A stretch of DNA of 64,000 nucleotides from Takakia lepidozioides (lineage: Eukaryota > Plantae > Bryophyta): assembly GCA_030704615.1 (NCBI GenBank), contig CM060732.1, forward strand, positions 31,372,001-31,436,000, in the 5' to 3' direction. The position numbers were made by a program, and so were the translations under genes. Shown in pieces: positions 27,116 to 40,570 of the stretch. Within the stretch, counting starts at the first letter, position 1; every line of letters begins with the position of its first letter. The notes beneath the pieces were generated by a model, which was not told the DNA's origin, made no database searches, and saw nothing but the letters and a program-made list of their open reading frames with translations.

Positions 27116-28381
27116 CTAGTCATCCTCATCCTCATCCTCAGTGGAGGACTCAGTGCTATCCAATGAGCTTGATGACTCCGCGCCCTTCGCCAGAGCACGT
27201 AAATGAGGCGGCGTTCCCCTAAGTCCCACAGAGCTCTCATCCAATCCCTGGGCATGACCCTCGACCTCATCCATACTAGTGCCATGTAGTGCACTCATCC
27301 CCTCTGTGTTGGCCATGTTCTTCATGAGGGATTGCAAAACCATGCTCCTTGGCGTAGTTGTACTCTACCGGAGATGGCTTCCTCTCAAACGCGCGTTGCT
27401 ACACATGCCACAAATTAAAGTCAGTTCTTCGCGATGATGGAGCCAGAAAGAAGACATAACAAAATCCATAGGGAAGTACGACTTACAAATCGCAAGATAA
27501 AACCCTTGGATCCGCCGGCGCCCCACTTGTGTGTGGATTCATGCTTGTCAAGGCGGACTGATGTTGCTTCGCGTGCCCGGTCAAATTTGGCATTGTTTGC
27601 GGCATCAGTCTCTCCCGCAATGAGTGCATCCCACGATACCTATGCACCCCCCCCCCCCCCCCCCCCCCCAAAATTAGTGAATTACACACATACGTTGCAT
27701 CGAATCCACCTCATTAATGCACATGCGACAAATGGAAGGTGACATGATTCAGGATTTGCCAACCTGTGTAATTCCATAAGGTGGTTTGGGTATGGCCCCC
27801 TTTTCCATTGCCCTCCGAATGATCTGTCTAGCACGGTACCTCCTGTCCTTCAAGTTTCGCCCCACCATCTCCATCACCCTTGTGTCAGTCCAATTGCCCA
27901 GAAACCGGCGGTCTAACTCACGGGCATACGCCCGCTTCGCGCCGAAGTGCTGATCAGCCCACTCGATGTGCAAACGGAACCACCTCAATGCGAGTTCGAA
28001 GGCTGGCTTCTTCATAGCCTCCCAGAACGCACCGCGGGGGTCACCATGGTGATTCACCTCCACCGGTGGCACCACGATCTTTGTCAACTCCACGTCCTGT
28101 ATCGCCAAGGCCATCCCACCCTCTCCCTTCTTTGTAGCCTCCTTCCCCTGCTCCTTTGTTACCCCACTGCCCTCCCCCGCATGCACACTCACCCCTTCCT
28201 CTCCATGGGACTTCTTTTTCTTCTTCTTCTTTTCCTTCCCCTTCCCCGCTACTTCTTCTCTCTCATTCTCCCTCTCCCTTCTCTCTCTCTCCTCGGCAGC
28301 CCCTTCATTGATGGTAAAAGGGATCTCGGGAGATGAAGGCCTCTTCTTCTTACCTTTGGTGTTCGGGTCCTTCATGAACAT
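27116..28381 (-). pseudogene. CACTA second gene (TnpA/Transposase_24-like), 5' end interrupted by the PLE insertion
   Basis: Exons 28381-27764, 27639-27487 and ~27398-27116. Reads ...MVGRNLKDRRYRAR...KPPYGITQ|VSWDALI...HKWGAGGSKGF|QRAFERKPS; the W-x-x-L and H-x-x-G-x-GG pattern is typical of En/Spm ORF2 proteins. One frameshift. Confidence 0.65.
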
Positions 28382-29749
28382 GTTGTACAGCGATAACAAG
28401 CGTGAGACCCGATTCACCTAGGGTTCCACAATTCTCACTAACCTGTTGGTTCTTGTGGGGGCTTGTGATGGGACCAGGTGAGGGTCCTCACTTAGTGTGA
28501 TTTTTAAAGCTTGAATCTGATGACAAACCTGCAAGTGAAGTGACATCGACATCAGCTGATTATCCAGGGAGATGTCTCATTTTTGCCTCACTACATGACC
28601 AATCTGGATATGATTACAACCTTTATCTATGTGTTGAAGCAGCAAGTGCATTAGCGAGCCTTTTTAGAACACATGAATTCTATTAAGGACTCTGGGTTAT
28701 GATTTCCGCTGCATTGAAATATGGTACTGGAAGTAGGGTTTCCAGACCAAATGTATGCTCTTTTTTCATGCTTAGAGCACGATTTGCTACTCTGATATGT
28801 ACACTTTCAAGCAACACGGTAGGGGAGAGGCCAGAGCTTGCATATGGTTTATACTGAGCCCTGTATGCCTTTATGCAATATATGGAACCTCTGTGGATGT
28901 CTGAACCCCCTTTCCTTTTTACCTTGCATACAATCTGCTAAGGTAAGTAACCTGCTACCTCTTCATGTCACTCTGTAATTACAGATTGTATACAGTTGTG
29001 TTTGTGCAAACACCTTGTCAAGGTTGTAACATAATGACCCAAACCTAAACCAGGTCTGGTTGTTTTAAAGAGAAGCCCCTGCTGTTGCTTGGTAATCAAA
29101 GACTGATTAACCTACAACATGGCTCTGGATTTTATGTTACAAAAAAGATAGCTGTGTGTTTTTTGCTAGCTATGGCATATTCTGATACAAAACACTGTAG
29201 TAGAAAGCAGTTCTGGGAAATCAAGCTTACTAAACAATGCAATGAGTTTTGACTCTGTGTCATGATTACAAAAAGTTCTAAAAATGTAGCAGATAAGCTC
29301 TGGGTTTTTGTTATTAAAAAACTGGTTATCTTATCAAGTAACCAGATGATTTAATATCCCGGTTGTGTGATTAATGGAAAATAGCTGGAACTTTTGGGTT
29401 CCAGATTAGCAGTACTATTGCATGATATAGGTAAACATTTAATTGTTTGCTTAGATGCCACCCATAGCTTATAATTCTAAAACAGGCATAAAAACAGGCT
29501 GAACACTTGTTTAGCATACTGTTCCTTAGAATATAAAGCTGGATTATTATAAGGAGGGGATCTTCTAAGTAATCCCACCCGTATTTTCTTGTCATTGAAA
29601 TCTACCAGGTAGATTCTTTGTCTTTGAAATGTAATGGAGGTCCTCATAAGATCTGATTTGAAGTAGAGTTTGACTGATAATGCCTCTTCATGAGGTTGAT
29701 TTGTCGTAAAAATTGACCATGTCCCGACAAGACATAGTATCTTCCCTCT
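28379..29749 (+). repeat. Upstream pseudo-LTR-like direct repeat
   Basis: Near-identical to 41597-43002 (CATGTTGTACAGCGATAAC...GTATCTTCCCTCT), with a few SNPs and small deletions in this copy. Confidence 0.95.
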
Positions 29750-30646
29750 CTTTCCCTTGACCAATGTACTTAGTGGTGTCTGTACACGTTATCAGTCTTA
29801 CTCCCTTCACTTTCCAGATCTGTTTATGATGCACTGCCTTCATTTTTATGGCAGAAGGTGACCAAGCATGTTCCTGAATGGAGTGATGACCTCAAGGCAT
29901 TGGGGTACCAATCCCCTCTTCCCCCTCCGATTCCTGCTGTACAAGCTACCCTCACAAATCACTCCAAGTGATTTTCATTCTACAGTGCAAATGCTGGACT
30001 CTGCAGCTATTAATGATTCAGGTGATGAAAATCCTGTCCTATTGCTTGAGACACTAGCCCTGGAGGATTGGGTAGCCCTTGGAATATGTGCAAACAGAAA
30101 AGGCAGTTACCTTGTAAGACTCAAGGAATACAGCGATAAATTGGTTAAGATATTGGAGCAAGATGCTAGTGAAATGACGTTTTGGGAAAAGAAATGAGTT
30201 GCTATTGAGGAAGCACTCAGAATTGCTAACCCTGATGATGAGCAGTCAGCTCCCACGCAGAAATCCTCCAACACAATGGAAAAAAACTTCATTTCGTCCG
30301 TCACTAACCATCCCATACTCGGGAACATGGTGGTACCAGAAGGGGAATTGGATGCAGTGAGGGACTTCTGTGAACAAGTGGAACTTTCCCAAGTGGAGCA
30401 AGAAAGGGCTGCGGGAGCAACTCCAGGTAACCTGTAGTTTGTCCCTTGGATGCCCCCTAGAGCCGTGGAGCTTGAGGTTGCTAACAACAACCACATGATG
30501 TGGCACCCCCAGGCCAATATCAATCTGATTGCACCCATATCAATTGACATGTGGGTCAAATGGGCCAACCTTACACCTGCTGAACGCAGTAGGTGTGCAG
30601 CAGATGCAAAAGAAGGGATCCAAAGGTTCAAAAAAGAACCTATTGC

Positions 30647-31373
30647 TGTCGCGGCCCTTTGCCTTGAGGGCAGGGGGTCGGGACACATGAGGGGCTGCCC
30701 ATGTGGTGGGGGCAGCGGCAGCGATAGGTATGGGGGGCTGAAGCACCCTTGAGTGCCCAAGGCACTCAAGGAGGCGGAGGCGCTCACTAGGTGGAGCCCC
30801 GCACACCGGGTTGCGGTGGGGGTGGCTCCACAAGGGGTGGTGGTAGCTTAGCGGGACTTAGTGGGGGTGGCATAGGACTCACCATGGGGGCGGAGACCTC
30901 GTGGTGGGAGTCGTGGGGAGTCTTGGGACTCATCACGGTCCATAGGGGTCGTGGTGAGTGGGCCAAGACTCACCGCGACTCATCACCGGGAGTCGAGGGT
31001 TTTCGTGGTGGTTCGCCATAAAATGGCATGGCTGGTTATGAAACCCCCACGGACAGCTACAGAAGTATATATAGGGAGTAGTAACCCCGAGAACGGTGCA
31101 AGCCCGTTGGTGACCAAAAACCAGTGAGTAAGCGAGCGAGCCGGAAAGCGACCAAAAAGTGGGAAGCTGTTCCGGACTACCAACTACCAAAGGGAATTCC
31201 CGCTGGTTCCAAATCGGTGGAGGGTTCTTTGGGAGAACAAAGGGGGACCGTTATGCCCCGGTGAGCAGCCGAAGCTCCAAGTTGGCCAGGCGGCCAGATT
31301 GGGAGTCAGGCGCGCGCATCAAAGCGAGTAACTATGACTTGAGGGGGAGCTTACCGAAGTGAGGTTCGCGACA
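30647..31373 (+). repeat. 5' LTR, copy 1
   Basis: TG..CA ends; about 7 differences from the 3' LTR by eye; TATATA box near 31066. Confidence 0.95.
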
Positions 31374-31428
31374 CTTGGTATCAGAGCCTAGAGTTCAGTA
31401 CGCAATCGTCCTTGGCATTGGCCTCATC

Positions 31429-34400
31429 ATGGGGTCGGGCAAGCCGAAGCGAAAGCGGAACGGCCCAAAAGATGATGATCCTGGTAAGCCCGATGGGGGC
31501 GATGTGTCACGGAGGCGGCCATTTGAGGAAGCGATGCATGTTTCCAAAAACGAGGCCGCTCAAGAGCGGGAGGAATCCGAGGAGTCGGAGCCCGAGGAAT
31601 CCTTGAGAGCTCCGACAAACCAAGAGATGCCTCCCATGCCGGCAGCCTTTTGGGAAGGGTTGTTGGCGCAGTTTGATGGGACGTTGAAAGACGTGTTGAA
31701 GGCGGCTAATGCCACTTCCACTAAGGCAAAGTTTAAGGTGAAGCCTAAGGAACCCGGCACCTTCGAGGGCGTCCGAAATCGGAAGGCACTCAACACCTGG
31801 CTCCTGGAGCTAGAGCAGTACTTCCGGGCGGCCAAGTTGAGTGACGAGGATCGGGTGGAAGTGACTCCCACCTATTTGAGGGGCTATGCTCAACAATGGT
31901 GGCAAAAACGCCTTCACGACCGAGGTCCAAGCCCGGAAACCTTGAACTGGAGTGGGTTCAAGGAATTGATGAAGAGACAGTTTGTGCCCCTCAACGCGTC
32001 CTGGCTTGCCCGGGACAAGATGAGGAATTTGAAGCAAACAGATGACATTCGGGGTATGTCCAGGCTTTCAATGTGCTGTTGCTCGAAGTCGCGGACATGG
32101 CAGAACCAGAAATGGTCTTCAACTTTGTGGCGGGACTGGCCCCATAGGCCAGGCGGAAGTTGGAGGAGAAGCCACCCAAGACTTTGAACGAGGCAATTGA
32201 GAGGGCTGAATGTGTCTCGGATGTCCCTAGGGGTGAGAGACAAGGCCGTACGGAGCTGAACCACAAGAAGACCCGGCGGGAAGGTGACTCCTTCCGACCG
32301 GAAAAGAAGTGGGATAGGCCACGCGACGACAATGGCACGTGGAAATCGAAGGGAGGGCCTTCACACGTCAAGGCGGCACCCGGTGCTTCGAAAGGAAAAG
32401 TGGGTGGAGCGGCTTATGGCGGACAGAAGGCGACCTTTGATGGAGTGTGTTTCAATTGCGGAGAGCCCGGGCACATGGCCAAGAAGTGCACGAAACCTCG
32501 ACAATTGAACATGACTCGGGCAACCACGGAGCTGTCGGAAGATACCATCAGTCGCTTGGTGGAAGCGGTGGTCGCCAGGACTTGCAAGGTAGACAACTAT
32601 TCTTGTGAGTTGTATCAGGAAACTGGCGCCCTGCGTAAAGGGAGTCAGTTATTGTTCGTGGATGGGATAATATCCGGAACTAACGTGTCGTTGTTGGTGG
32701 ACACAGGAGCGTCGCACTCCTTCATGATGCCGGCGGCGGCGCGAAAGTTGGGACTCCCGACAAGTGACGTGGGGGCCTCTATTGAGGTGCGTTCTGCCAA
32801 AGGAGAACCACAGTGGATCTCATTTTGGGGATGACCTTTTTGAGCAAATCCGGAGCGGTCATAGATGGCCGCAAGAGAGTAGTCACGCTGCCATGTGGGA
32901 ATGGTGGCGAGGTCTTACGAGTGTCGAAAACGCCCAAATCCGTGGGAGGGCGAATAAACCTTCTATCAGCAAGGGAGTGGGCCATGGAGGAGGCACACGA
33001 GCCCCAGTTTTTGCTTTACATTAGAGAAGTGAAGGGAGAAGGCGATGGGGAGCCGAGCCCAGATTGGATCAAGGGGATTTTGGAGAAATACCAGGATGTG
33101 ATGCCGGAGGATTTACCAAGCGGCTTGCCACCGCGAAGAGGAGTTGACCACAAGATTGAGGTGATACCGGGATCGGAACCGCCTGCCAAGGCACCCTACC
33201 GGTTGAGCCACAGGGAGTTGGTCGAGCTGAAGACTCAGATCAAGGATCTAATGTCAAAGGGGTACATCCGGACGAGTAAGTCACCTTACGGAGCCCCGGT
33301 GCTATTCGCAGACAAGAAGGATGGGACGCTGCGGATGTGTGTCGATTATAGGGCTTTGAATAAGGTGACTATTAAAAACCGGTATCCTTTGCCAAGGATC
33401 GACGACCTTTTCGACCGGTTGGCAGGAGCGAAGTATTTCAGCCGGATCGACTTGCGCTCCGGCTATCATCAAATTCGGGTGGCGGAAGGAGATGAGGAGA
33501 AGACCGCGTGCAGGACAAGGTATGGTTCATATGAGTTCTTGGTGATGCCTTTTGGGCTCACCAATGCACCTGCGACCTTTAGCACGCTGATGAACAGCCT
33601 TTTTCAGGAGTGGTTGGATGACTTTGTGATCGTGTACATCGACGACATCTTGGTGTACTCGAAAACAAAGGAGGAGCACCTGGAGCACCTCAAAAGGGTT
33701 GCGGGAAGGGAAGCTGTACGCCAAAGTTTCAAAGTGCGAATTTGGGGTCACGAAAGTGGAGTTCCTGGGGCATGTGATTACACACGATGGGATCAAAATG
33801 GATAACAGAAAGGTGAGGGCGATCTTGGACTGGGAGCCTCCGACTTCGGTCCCAGGAGTGCGATCCTTCCTAGGACTCGCCTCTATTACCGGAAGTATGT
33901 GAGAAATTTCGCCAAGATTGCGGGGCCGCTGTCAGACCTTCTGTGTAAATCTAAAGTCTGGGCATGGAACACCTTTTGTGGCCAAGCTTTTGCTGAATTG
34001 AAGCAGCGGATGGCGGAAGCTCCAGTCTTGAAAATCCTGGAGTTCGATCGTCCGTTCGAGATACATACAGATGCCTCGGACTTCGCGATTGGGGGTGTAC
34101 TGATGCAAGATGGACGTCCAGTGGCTTACGAAAGTAAGAAACTGAATGAAGTGGAGCGACGGTGGCCGACGCACGAGAAAGAGATGAAGGCGGTGGTGCA
34201 CTGTCTTGAGCTTTGGCGCCACGATGTTGGTTCCAACCCAGTGAAGGTGTTCACGGACAATGTCACGGTGAAGTATTTTGCCACGCAGCCCAAGTTGTCC
34301 CCAAAACAACTTAGGTGGCAAGATACTTTGGCGGTGTTCGACGTGGATATCCAGTACAAACCGGGACGAGACAATGTGGTGGCCGATGCCTTAAGTAGAA

Positions 34401-35887
34401 AGCAGCAGCTCTTGTTGGTGTACAAGGGCGAGACGGCGCTCCAAAGGAAGATCCGGAAGGCTTGCCGGAAGGATGAACTGGCGAAGTCCGTGATGCAGGA
34501 CTTGAGGATGGGGGTTAAATCGCAGTTCCACTTGCAAAATGGACTGCTCCGGTATAAGCAAAAAGGTCTCTACGTGCCGAAGGGAGGGATCAGAGATAGC
34601 CTCTTGAAAGAATGCCATGATAGCCCGCTTGCAGGCCACAGCGGAGCCAAGCGCACTGCGGCACTCTTGAAGAAAGAGTATTTCTGGCCCAAACTGAGGG
34701 AGGAGGCAGAGGAGTATGTCAAGACATGCACCACATGCCAACAAAACTGGAGCGAGTACAAAAAGCAAGCGGGGCTGTTACAACCCTTGCCGATCCCAGA
34801 GGGGACTTGGGAAAGCGTCTCGATGGATTTCATGACTGCTATGCCGCTGTCAAAAGGATTCGATGCAATCATGGTGGTGGTGGATAGGTTCAGTAAAATG
34901 GGCCATTTCATCCCCACCAAGGAGACGGCAACGGCGCAGGAGACAGGACGACTTTACTTCGCCCACGTCTTAAAGCATCATGGAGTCCCAAAGGATATTG
35001 TCTCGGACCCCCAAAGTTTACGAGTAAATTTTGGAGGGCACTTTGGAAGAAGATGGGGACGAGGCTGAAGATGAGCACCGCCTTCCGACCTACGACCGAC
35101 GGCCAAAACAGAAAGAGTGAATTCCGTAGTGAAGCAGATCTTGCAGAATTACGTGTCGGCAGACCAAACAGACTGGGTGGAACACTTAGACGCGGCAGAG
35201 TTCTGTTATAATAACACAGAACACTCCGCAACGGGAGTTTCCCCTTTCGTATTGGTCTATGGAAAAGCACCTCTGGTGCCGACAAGTTGGGCCGCCCAGG
35301 ACGTTGAGGAACCGGCAGTAGCGGCGGTACTGGAAGAACGCGAGCGTTTGTTGAAGCTCGCAAAGTACAACATTGCCAAAGCTAGGAAACGGTATGAAAG
35401 GCAGTCGAATCGGAAGCGGAGGGAAGTGAAGTTTGAGGCAGGCACGGAGGTCTGGTTGAACATCAAGAATTTCCGACTACCTCTGGAAGTGAGTCCGAAG
35501 TTCGTACCTCCGTATACGGGCCCCTTTCGCATTCGGAAGGTTATGAATGAGGATGTGTATGAATTGGAGCTGCCGGCAAACAGCAAGGTGCACCCAGTAT
35601 TCCATGTCTCACTTTTGAAGCCTTACTTCAAATATGAAGCGCGTCCGAATCGGCATTAAGTGTTGCGTCCGCCACCTATGCTGTTGGATCATGAAAATGA
35701 ACCTGAGTACGAGGTGGAGGCAATACTTAAGTCGAGGAGGTTCAAGAACCGAGAAACGGAGTATCTCGTCAAATGGAAGGGCTATCATCATGTGGAGGCA
35801 TCTTGGGTGCGTGCCTCAGAAATGGGAAACGCATCCGAGGCGGTTGCAGCTTTCGAAGGGCGACCTCCAAAGCGGAAGAAGCGTTGA
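31429..35887 (+). pseudogene. gag-pol (gag, CCHC knuckle, protease, RT, RNase H, integrase, chromodomain), disrupted
   Basis: [69 protein letters not shown]. Several frameshifts, a ~90-bp protease deletion at ~32812 relative to copy 2, and a premature stop at 35657. Confidence 0.95.
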
Positions 35888-36791
35888 TGGGGACATCAAC
35901 TTTGGAGCGTGGGGGAGGAAATGCATGCTTAGCCCGGCTTAGCTAGCTTAGGAATCCGATTGCAAAAACTTATATTGTACAAAACGTGCTATAAATGAAA
36001 TGGCTTCCAAATGTTGTGCATCCTATTTTGTTTGGAATGGTGATGGATGGTATGGTTGGCTAGTGTGTAGAATGCATGCTAGCTTATAAAAGTGGGAGAG
36101 GTAAATTGGGTTAATCGTGTGTTTGCGTAGTGCCGAAATCGGGTGACCCCCATCCAAGGGGCAAGGAAACTTGCGCCTTCTTTGGGAGTTCACGTGCTAG
36201 TGCGCACCTGCCGCGTGCGCGTACTATAACTGCGCTACCGAGGGGGTTGCCTTGTAGTGCGGGCTAACGCGGAAGCTACGTGCTTCCGTTCACGTACTAT
36301 AATCGTGTAGCCTCGGGACGAAGTCGTAGTGCGGCTTCGGCGTGTTCCCGTACCTCAGGCCAGCATTCCAAGGCGGACCCAATTGTAGTGATTGGGGCGC
36401 ACGGTTGGTTCAAGGTTATCTTCCCAGTCAAAGAGGGTTCCAGGGAACCCTTGCTCAAGGTGATGCCAAAAGCGGCATCATGAGCGGTCACAAGCAATGT
36501 TGTTGCAGTAAGGCGATTCGATCCTCGGGGAGGATCGTTCCTTGGCCTTGAAGTAGGCTAAGAAGAGTGCACTGGGAGGAGCTGGAGAGGCTCCACCTTT
36601 GGCCGGGACTTGGAGGAAGTCGGCCGAACTAGCTAGTGGAGAGTAGAGTCAAGTGTGGGGTTTGGTTCTTTGCCATGGGACGCCATGGTACGGAAACAAA
36701 CTCCTTGATGTGGGACGCCACAACTTGGATGTTCGTTTCTACAAAATGGACAAGTCGATGAGGACATCGACTCCCTGTTGGTAGGGGTGTG

Positions 36792-37517
36792 TGTCGCGGC
36801 CCTTTGCCTTGAGGGCAGGGGGTCGGGACACATGAGGGGCTGCCCCTGTGGTGGGGGCAGCGGCAGCGATAGGTATGGGGGCTGAAGCACCCTTGAGTGC
36901 CCAAGGCACTCAAGGAGGCGGAGGCGCTCACTAGGTGGAGCCCCGCACACCGGGTTGCGGTGGGGGTGGCTCCACAAGGGGTGGTGGTAGCTTAGCGGGA
37001 CTTAGTGGGGGTGGCATAGGACTCACCATGGGGGCGGAGACCTCGTGGTGGGAGTCGTGGGGAGTCTTGGGACTCATCACGGTCCATAGGGGTCGTGGTG
37101 AGTGGGCCAAGACTCACCGCGACTCATCACCGGGAGTCGAGGGTTTTCGTGGTGGTTCGCCATAAAATGGCATGGCTGGTTGTGAAACCCCCACGGACAG
37201 CTACAGAAGTATATATAGGGAGTAGTAACCCCGAGAACGGTGCAAGCCCGTTGGTGACCAAAAACCAGTGAGTAAGCGAGCGAGCCGGAAAGCGACCAAA
37301 GAGTGGGAAGCTGTTCCGGACTGCCAACTACCAAAGGGAATTCCCGCTGGTTCCAAATCGGTGGAGGGTTCTTTGGGAGAACAAAGGGGGACCGTTATGC
37401 CCCGGTGAGCAGCCGAAGCTCCAAGTTGGCCAGGCGGCCAGATTGAGAGTCAGGCGCGCGCATCAAAGCGAGTAACTATGACTTGAGGGGGAGCTTACCG
37501 AAGTGAGGTGCGCGACA
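36792..37517 (+). repeat. 3' LTR, copy 1
   Basis: Matches 30647-31373. Confidence 0.95.
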
Positions 37518-38323
37518 ATTGATGTTTCTTGGCCATTGAAAACCTTCTACTACAAGCTCTGTGAGAAAGGGGACAACATGACTCTAAGGACAAAGAATGA
37601 CATGCCTATTGGTTCAACAAGGTCTCGGAACCACAAGAGTCAGTTGTTTAACTGGCATAGGCCATACATCAGATGTAATTGTGGATCTGGAGGTGCGCCG
37701 TCATCTTGTATGGGAAGTGTTGCTTGGTTTGACCACCTTGTGTGGTTCATGCTCAACAATCTGACGGTGTTCTTCCCCAATGATGCTTACCCATCTATAC
37801 AGGCAAAGTATTACAACTTCTTGGTATGGATGATGAAAGCTGCCAGAGATTATCATGGAGGCCGCATGCGAATTTGCTGCAGAACCTAATGCTAAATTAC
37901 TTAGCAAAATGGGTGAAGCAAAAGGTGCCAGATATGTTGAGAAGATGATTAAGCCTGGAGCTTTTTCTGACAGCCTTCCAAAACCACAATTCAGTGGCTA
38001 CAAAAGGCAGCGCCCGGATGGACAAACTCCTCTGCAGCAAGGCAAGACTGGTAACAACAGAGGCAGAAGCACACCTGTAAGAGGCAGAGGCTCGTACCAA
38101 AGAGGTGGGTGCTCTGGCCGTGGGCAGCATTCTAACAACAACTCTGACAGCTCGAAGATGATGACCAGAACTCCTTTTGGAGGTTCAGGTTCCAGTTCCA
38201 GCACTGCTATCAATATCGCCAGCCAAGAGCCTTTTCGAAATAGGCAAGGCAACGGGGAGTTCTCCCCAATCCACAAGAGAGACTTCAACTCGTGGATGGA
38301 CTTGTAACCGCCTCTCTCATGGT

Positions 38324-40570
38324 ATGCAACTCTACTTTGGTTGTGCAGATGAAATGTTTTTTCAAGAAGATGGAATCAGAAGAATTGAGATACATGCCTG
38401 GAACTTCATCACCCATGCATCAAAACCAGCCCCAATTGGTTTTGTACACATGGTGTACCCTAACCAGGCTATGGAATGGATAAGTCCTAAGGGTATGATA
38501 AAAGAAGCATTTTTGAATTTCGGACATAATGACCTGGCTATGTTAACTGAGGAAGTGATGTTTGGATGGACATACCATAAACAGAGTAGTACAAAGTACT
38601 ATATGCCTGCATCTATTTTTCGTGACTTTAACTTCCTACCTGATCTGATTGAATCTCCCCCTTGCCTCTGCAATACAGCCAAGAGGTTCAAGGCTTTTTG
38701 TGATGTGGATACTTTGACTGAGATTCAAATAACTGATTCTGCCCCCATACAACATGTCAGAACTATGGATCTGAACATTATAAGACATCCCAAGCTGAGA
38801 GAACTCTTCAGCAGGTATGAACCACATTCCACTGAAAAAAACCTTAATAAAGGATGTTGTTATAGAGATAGCTTCTGCCTTCTCTAAAACATGTGACATT
38901 CTTCATGTGAACATTTCAGAACCTTGGATAGTAGAATGCTGTCAATGGTTGAAGGTTACATGTTGGGACAGGCTGAAGAAAAAAGCCAGTTTGACATGGT
39001 GCAATTACTCTCATCATGAGGGTAACCCACTTGTCAAAAAAGAAGCTCGGGAGGAACTGGATTGGCTTCTTAAACACTTGTACATGTCTGGTCTTGATAA
39101 GGCTAACAACAACGTATGTTTTCTTTGTGTGAAGCACATCCGAACCCAAGCTTATCACCGGCTTATGGGTAAGGATTTCAAACCATGCACCCAAAATGAG
39201 GTATGGTCATCACCTGATTCAGTCTTGGAAAGCCTGTTTACTGAGGTACAGAATCTGATCCCTGAAGTTGAGGTGGCTTTTTGTAGTCTTCCCTACATGA
39301 TGGGAATATACAAGCTACACAAAAAAAAGTACCGTTGGATTACCAATGCACATAATTGTGTGTTCAGTGAAATTACTTGTCTTCTTACACGTGCCACTAT
39401 GTTCCTATTACCCTTGGTCAAGGAATGGGCCAAAGCACGTTTAGACACCTACAAAGAATTTTTCAAAGTGTCTACTGCCATGTATTGGATTATAGACAAC
39501 ATCACTGATTTCACTTTAAACCTCTCTGTATAAATCTATGATATGTTTGTGGCTGACATTACCAGTGCTATGAAAACATCCCTTTGGCAGGTGATGATAA
39601 TCTGGGTGATGCTATTGAATTCGTGATCAAAATTGCTTTCCAGCAATATCATGTAAACCACCCAAGGTCACATCACACCATTTGGATCCAAACCAAAAAC
39701 GGGATCTTCGAGAAGTGCAAGTGGAGTCTTTCTTCCCCAAAGAATGGTACTTGGATAGAGCTTCCTAAAGCCAAGTTGCTTCAGCTCCACAAGTGGTTGA
39801 TGTCCCACTGCTTCGTAGCATTGGGTGACCGTGTTTGGCATCAAGTGTCAGGTATTCCTATGGGATTTTCGTGTTCACCATTATGGTGCAACATATATTT
39901 CCTTTCCTATGAGCTTAAATTTATCTTGAGACTGGCAGCTCTTGGACAATATCAATTGATGCCTAAGTTTCAATATGCTTTCAGATATATAGACATCTGC
40001 TGGCTTAATATTGGCAATGCTATGTTATTCCTTAATCCTGACGCAGACAGGAGTAGCAGTAATCCATGGTGGATTTACCCATTGAATGTTGTGGAAATCA
40101 AACATGAATTGTTGAGAACCAAGCCAGGATCCCAATATGAAGGTTTGGAAGCCTGTTTTATGAACATTCAGATCTCTGTGTTAAACCCAGACTCAGGTGA
40201 GTTTCAATTTCAGAAATATGATAAGAGAAGACTCTTGCCTTTCTCCTATACTCAGTATATCCAGTTCTTATCCAATAGACCTGTGAATCAATCCTACAAT
40301 GTAGTGATTTCACAAGCCTTTCCGATTTTGTATATTTCCAGCAATGTTAATCTTGCTTGGAATGAATGCTATATTCTCATACATACCCTTGGGAGGAATG
40401 GTTTCAAAACCAAAAAACTAACCCGGATTTTGATAAGTTTCCTTGAGCAGGGCTCCTTCCCTGGTCTTTTCTTCCCTTTACAAGAGCTCATTGAAAGATT
40501 AAAAGGTACACTCTGCACTCATTCTTACATGATTGTATACATTTTTCCTTTGCAGTTTTTCTTTTTTTGA
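38324..40570 (+). pseudogene. PLE-type reverse transcriptase (ORF2), frameshifted
   Basis: PCLC..HVRTMDLNIIRHPKLRELF, GLDKANNN, LPYMMGIYKLHK..RWIT, ADIT/CYENIP, GIPMGFSCSPLWCNIYFLSYE, FRYID(-)ICWLN, KYDKR..F, SNRP..SYNVVISQ, L.RNGF. This is the motif order of PLE RTs, especially Naiad/Chlamys. One catalytic Asp codon is missing; frameshifts at ~38810 and ~39565; stop at 39531. Confidence 0.85.

Larger units (their letters stand above)
30647..37517 (+). mobile_element. Ty3/gypsy chromovirus LTR retrotransposon, copy 1 (defective)
   Basis: LTRs 30647-31373 and 36792-37517 (TGTCGCG...CGCGACA), PBS TGGTATCAGAGC (tRNA-iMet) at 31376, near-TSD ATTGC/ATTGA. Confidence 0.97.
29991..38307 (+). pseudogene. 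PLE ORF1 (unknown, possibly gag-like; RG/G/S-rich basic tail), split by the Ty3 insertion at 30647-37517
   Basis: Frame MLDSAAIND...FKKEPI resumes after the LTR element as IDVSWPLKTFYYKLC...RCNCGSGGAPSSC...FDH...; frameshift at ~37855, then MEAACEFAAE...RGRGSYQRGG...WMDL*. Two internal stops (~30195, ~30434). Confidence 0.65.

Noticed and set aside
28517-28565. CTGATGA in both PLE direct repeats (also ~41735) as a hammerhead ribozyme core
   Set aside because: No properly placed GAAA or convincing stems II/III by eye; needs an Infernal/RNAMotif search, so it is not called.
30647-31373. ORFs inside LTRs (MEPRTPGCGGGG, MSASASLSALG)
   Set aside because: Short GC-rich LTR frames without recognisable motifs, repeated only because the LTRs are.
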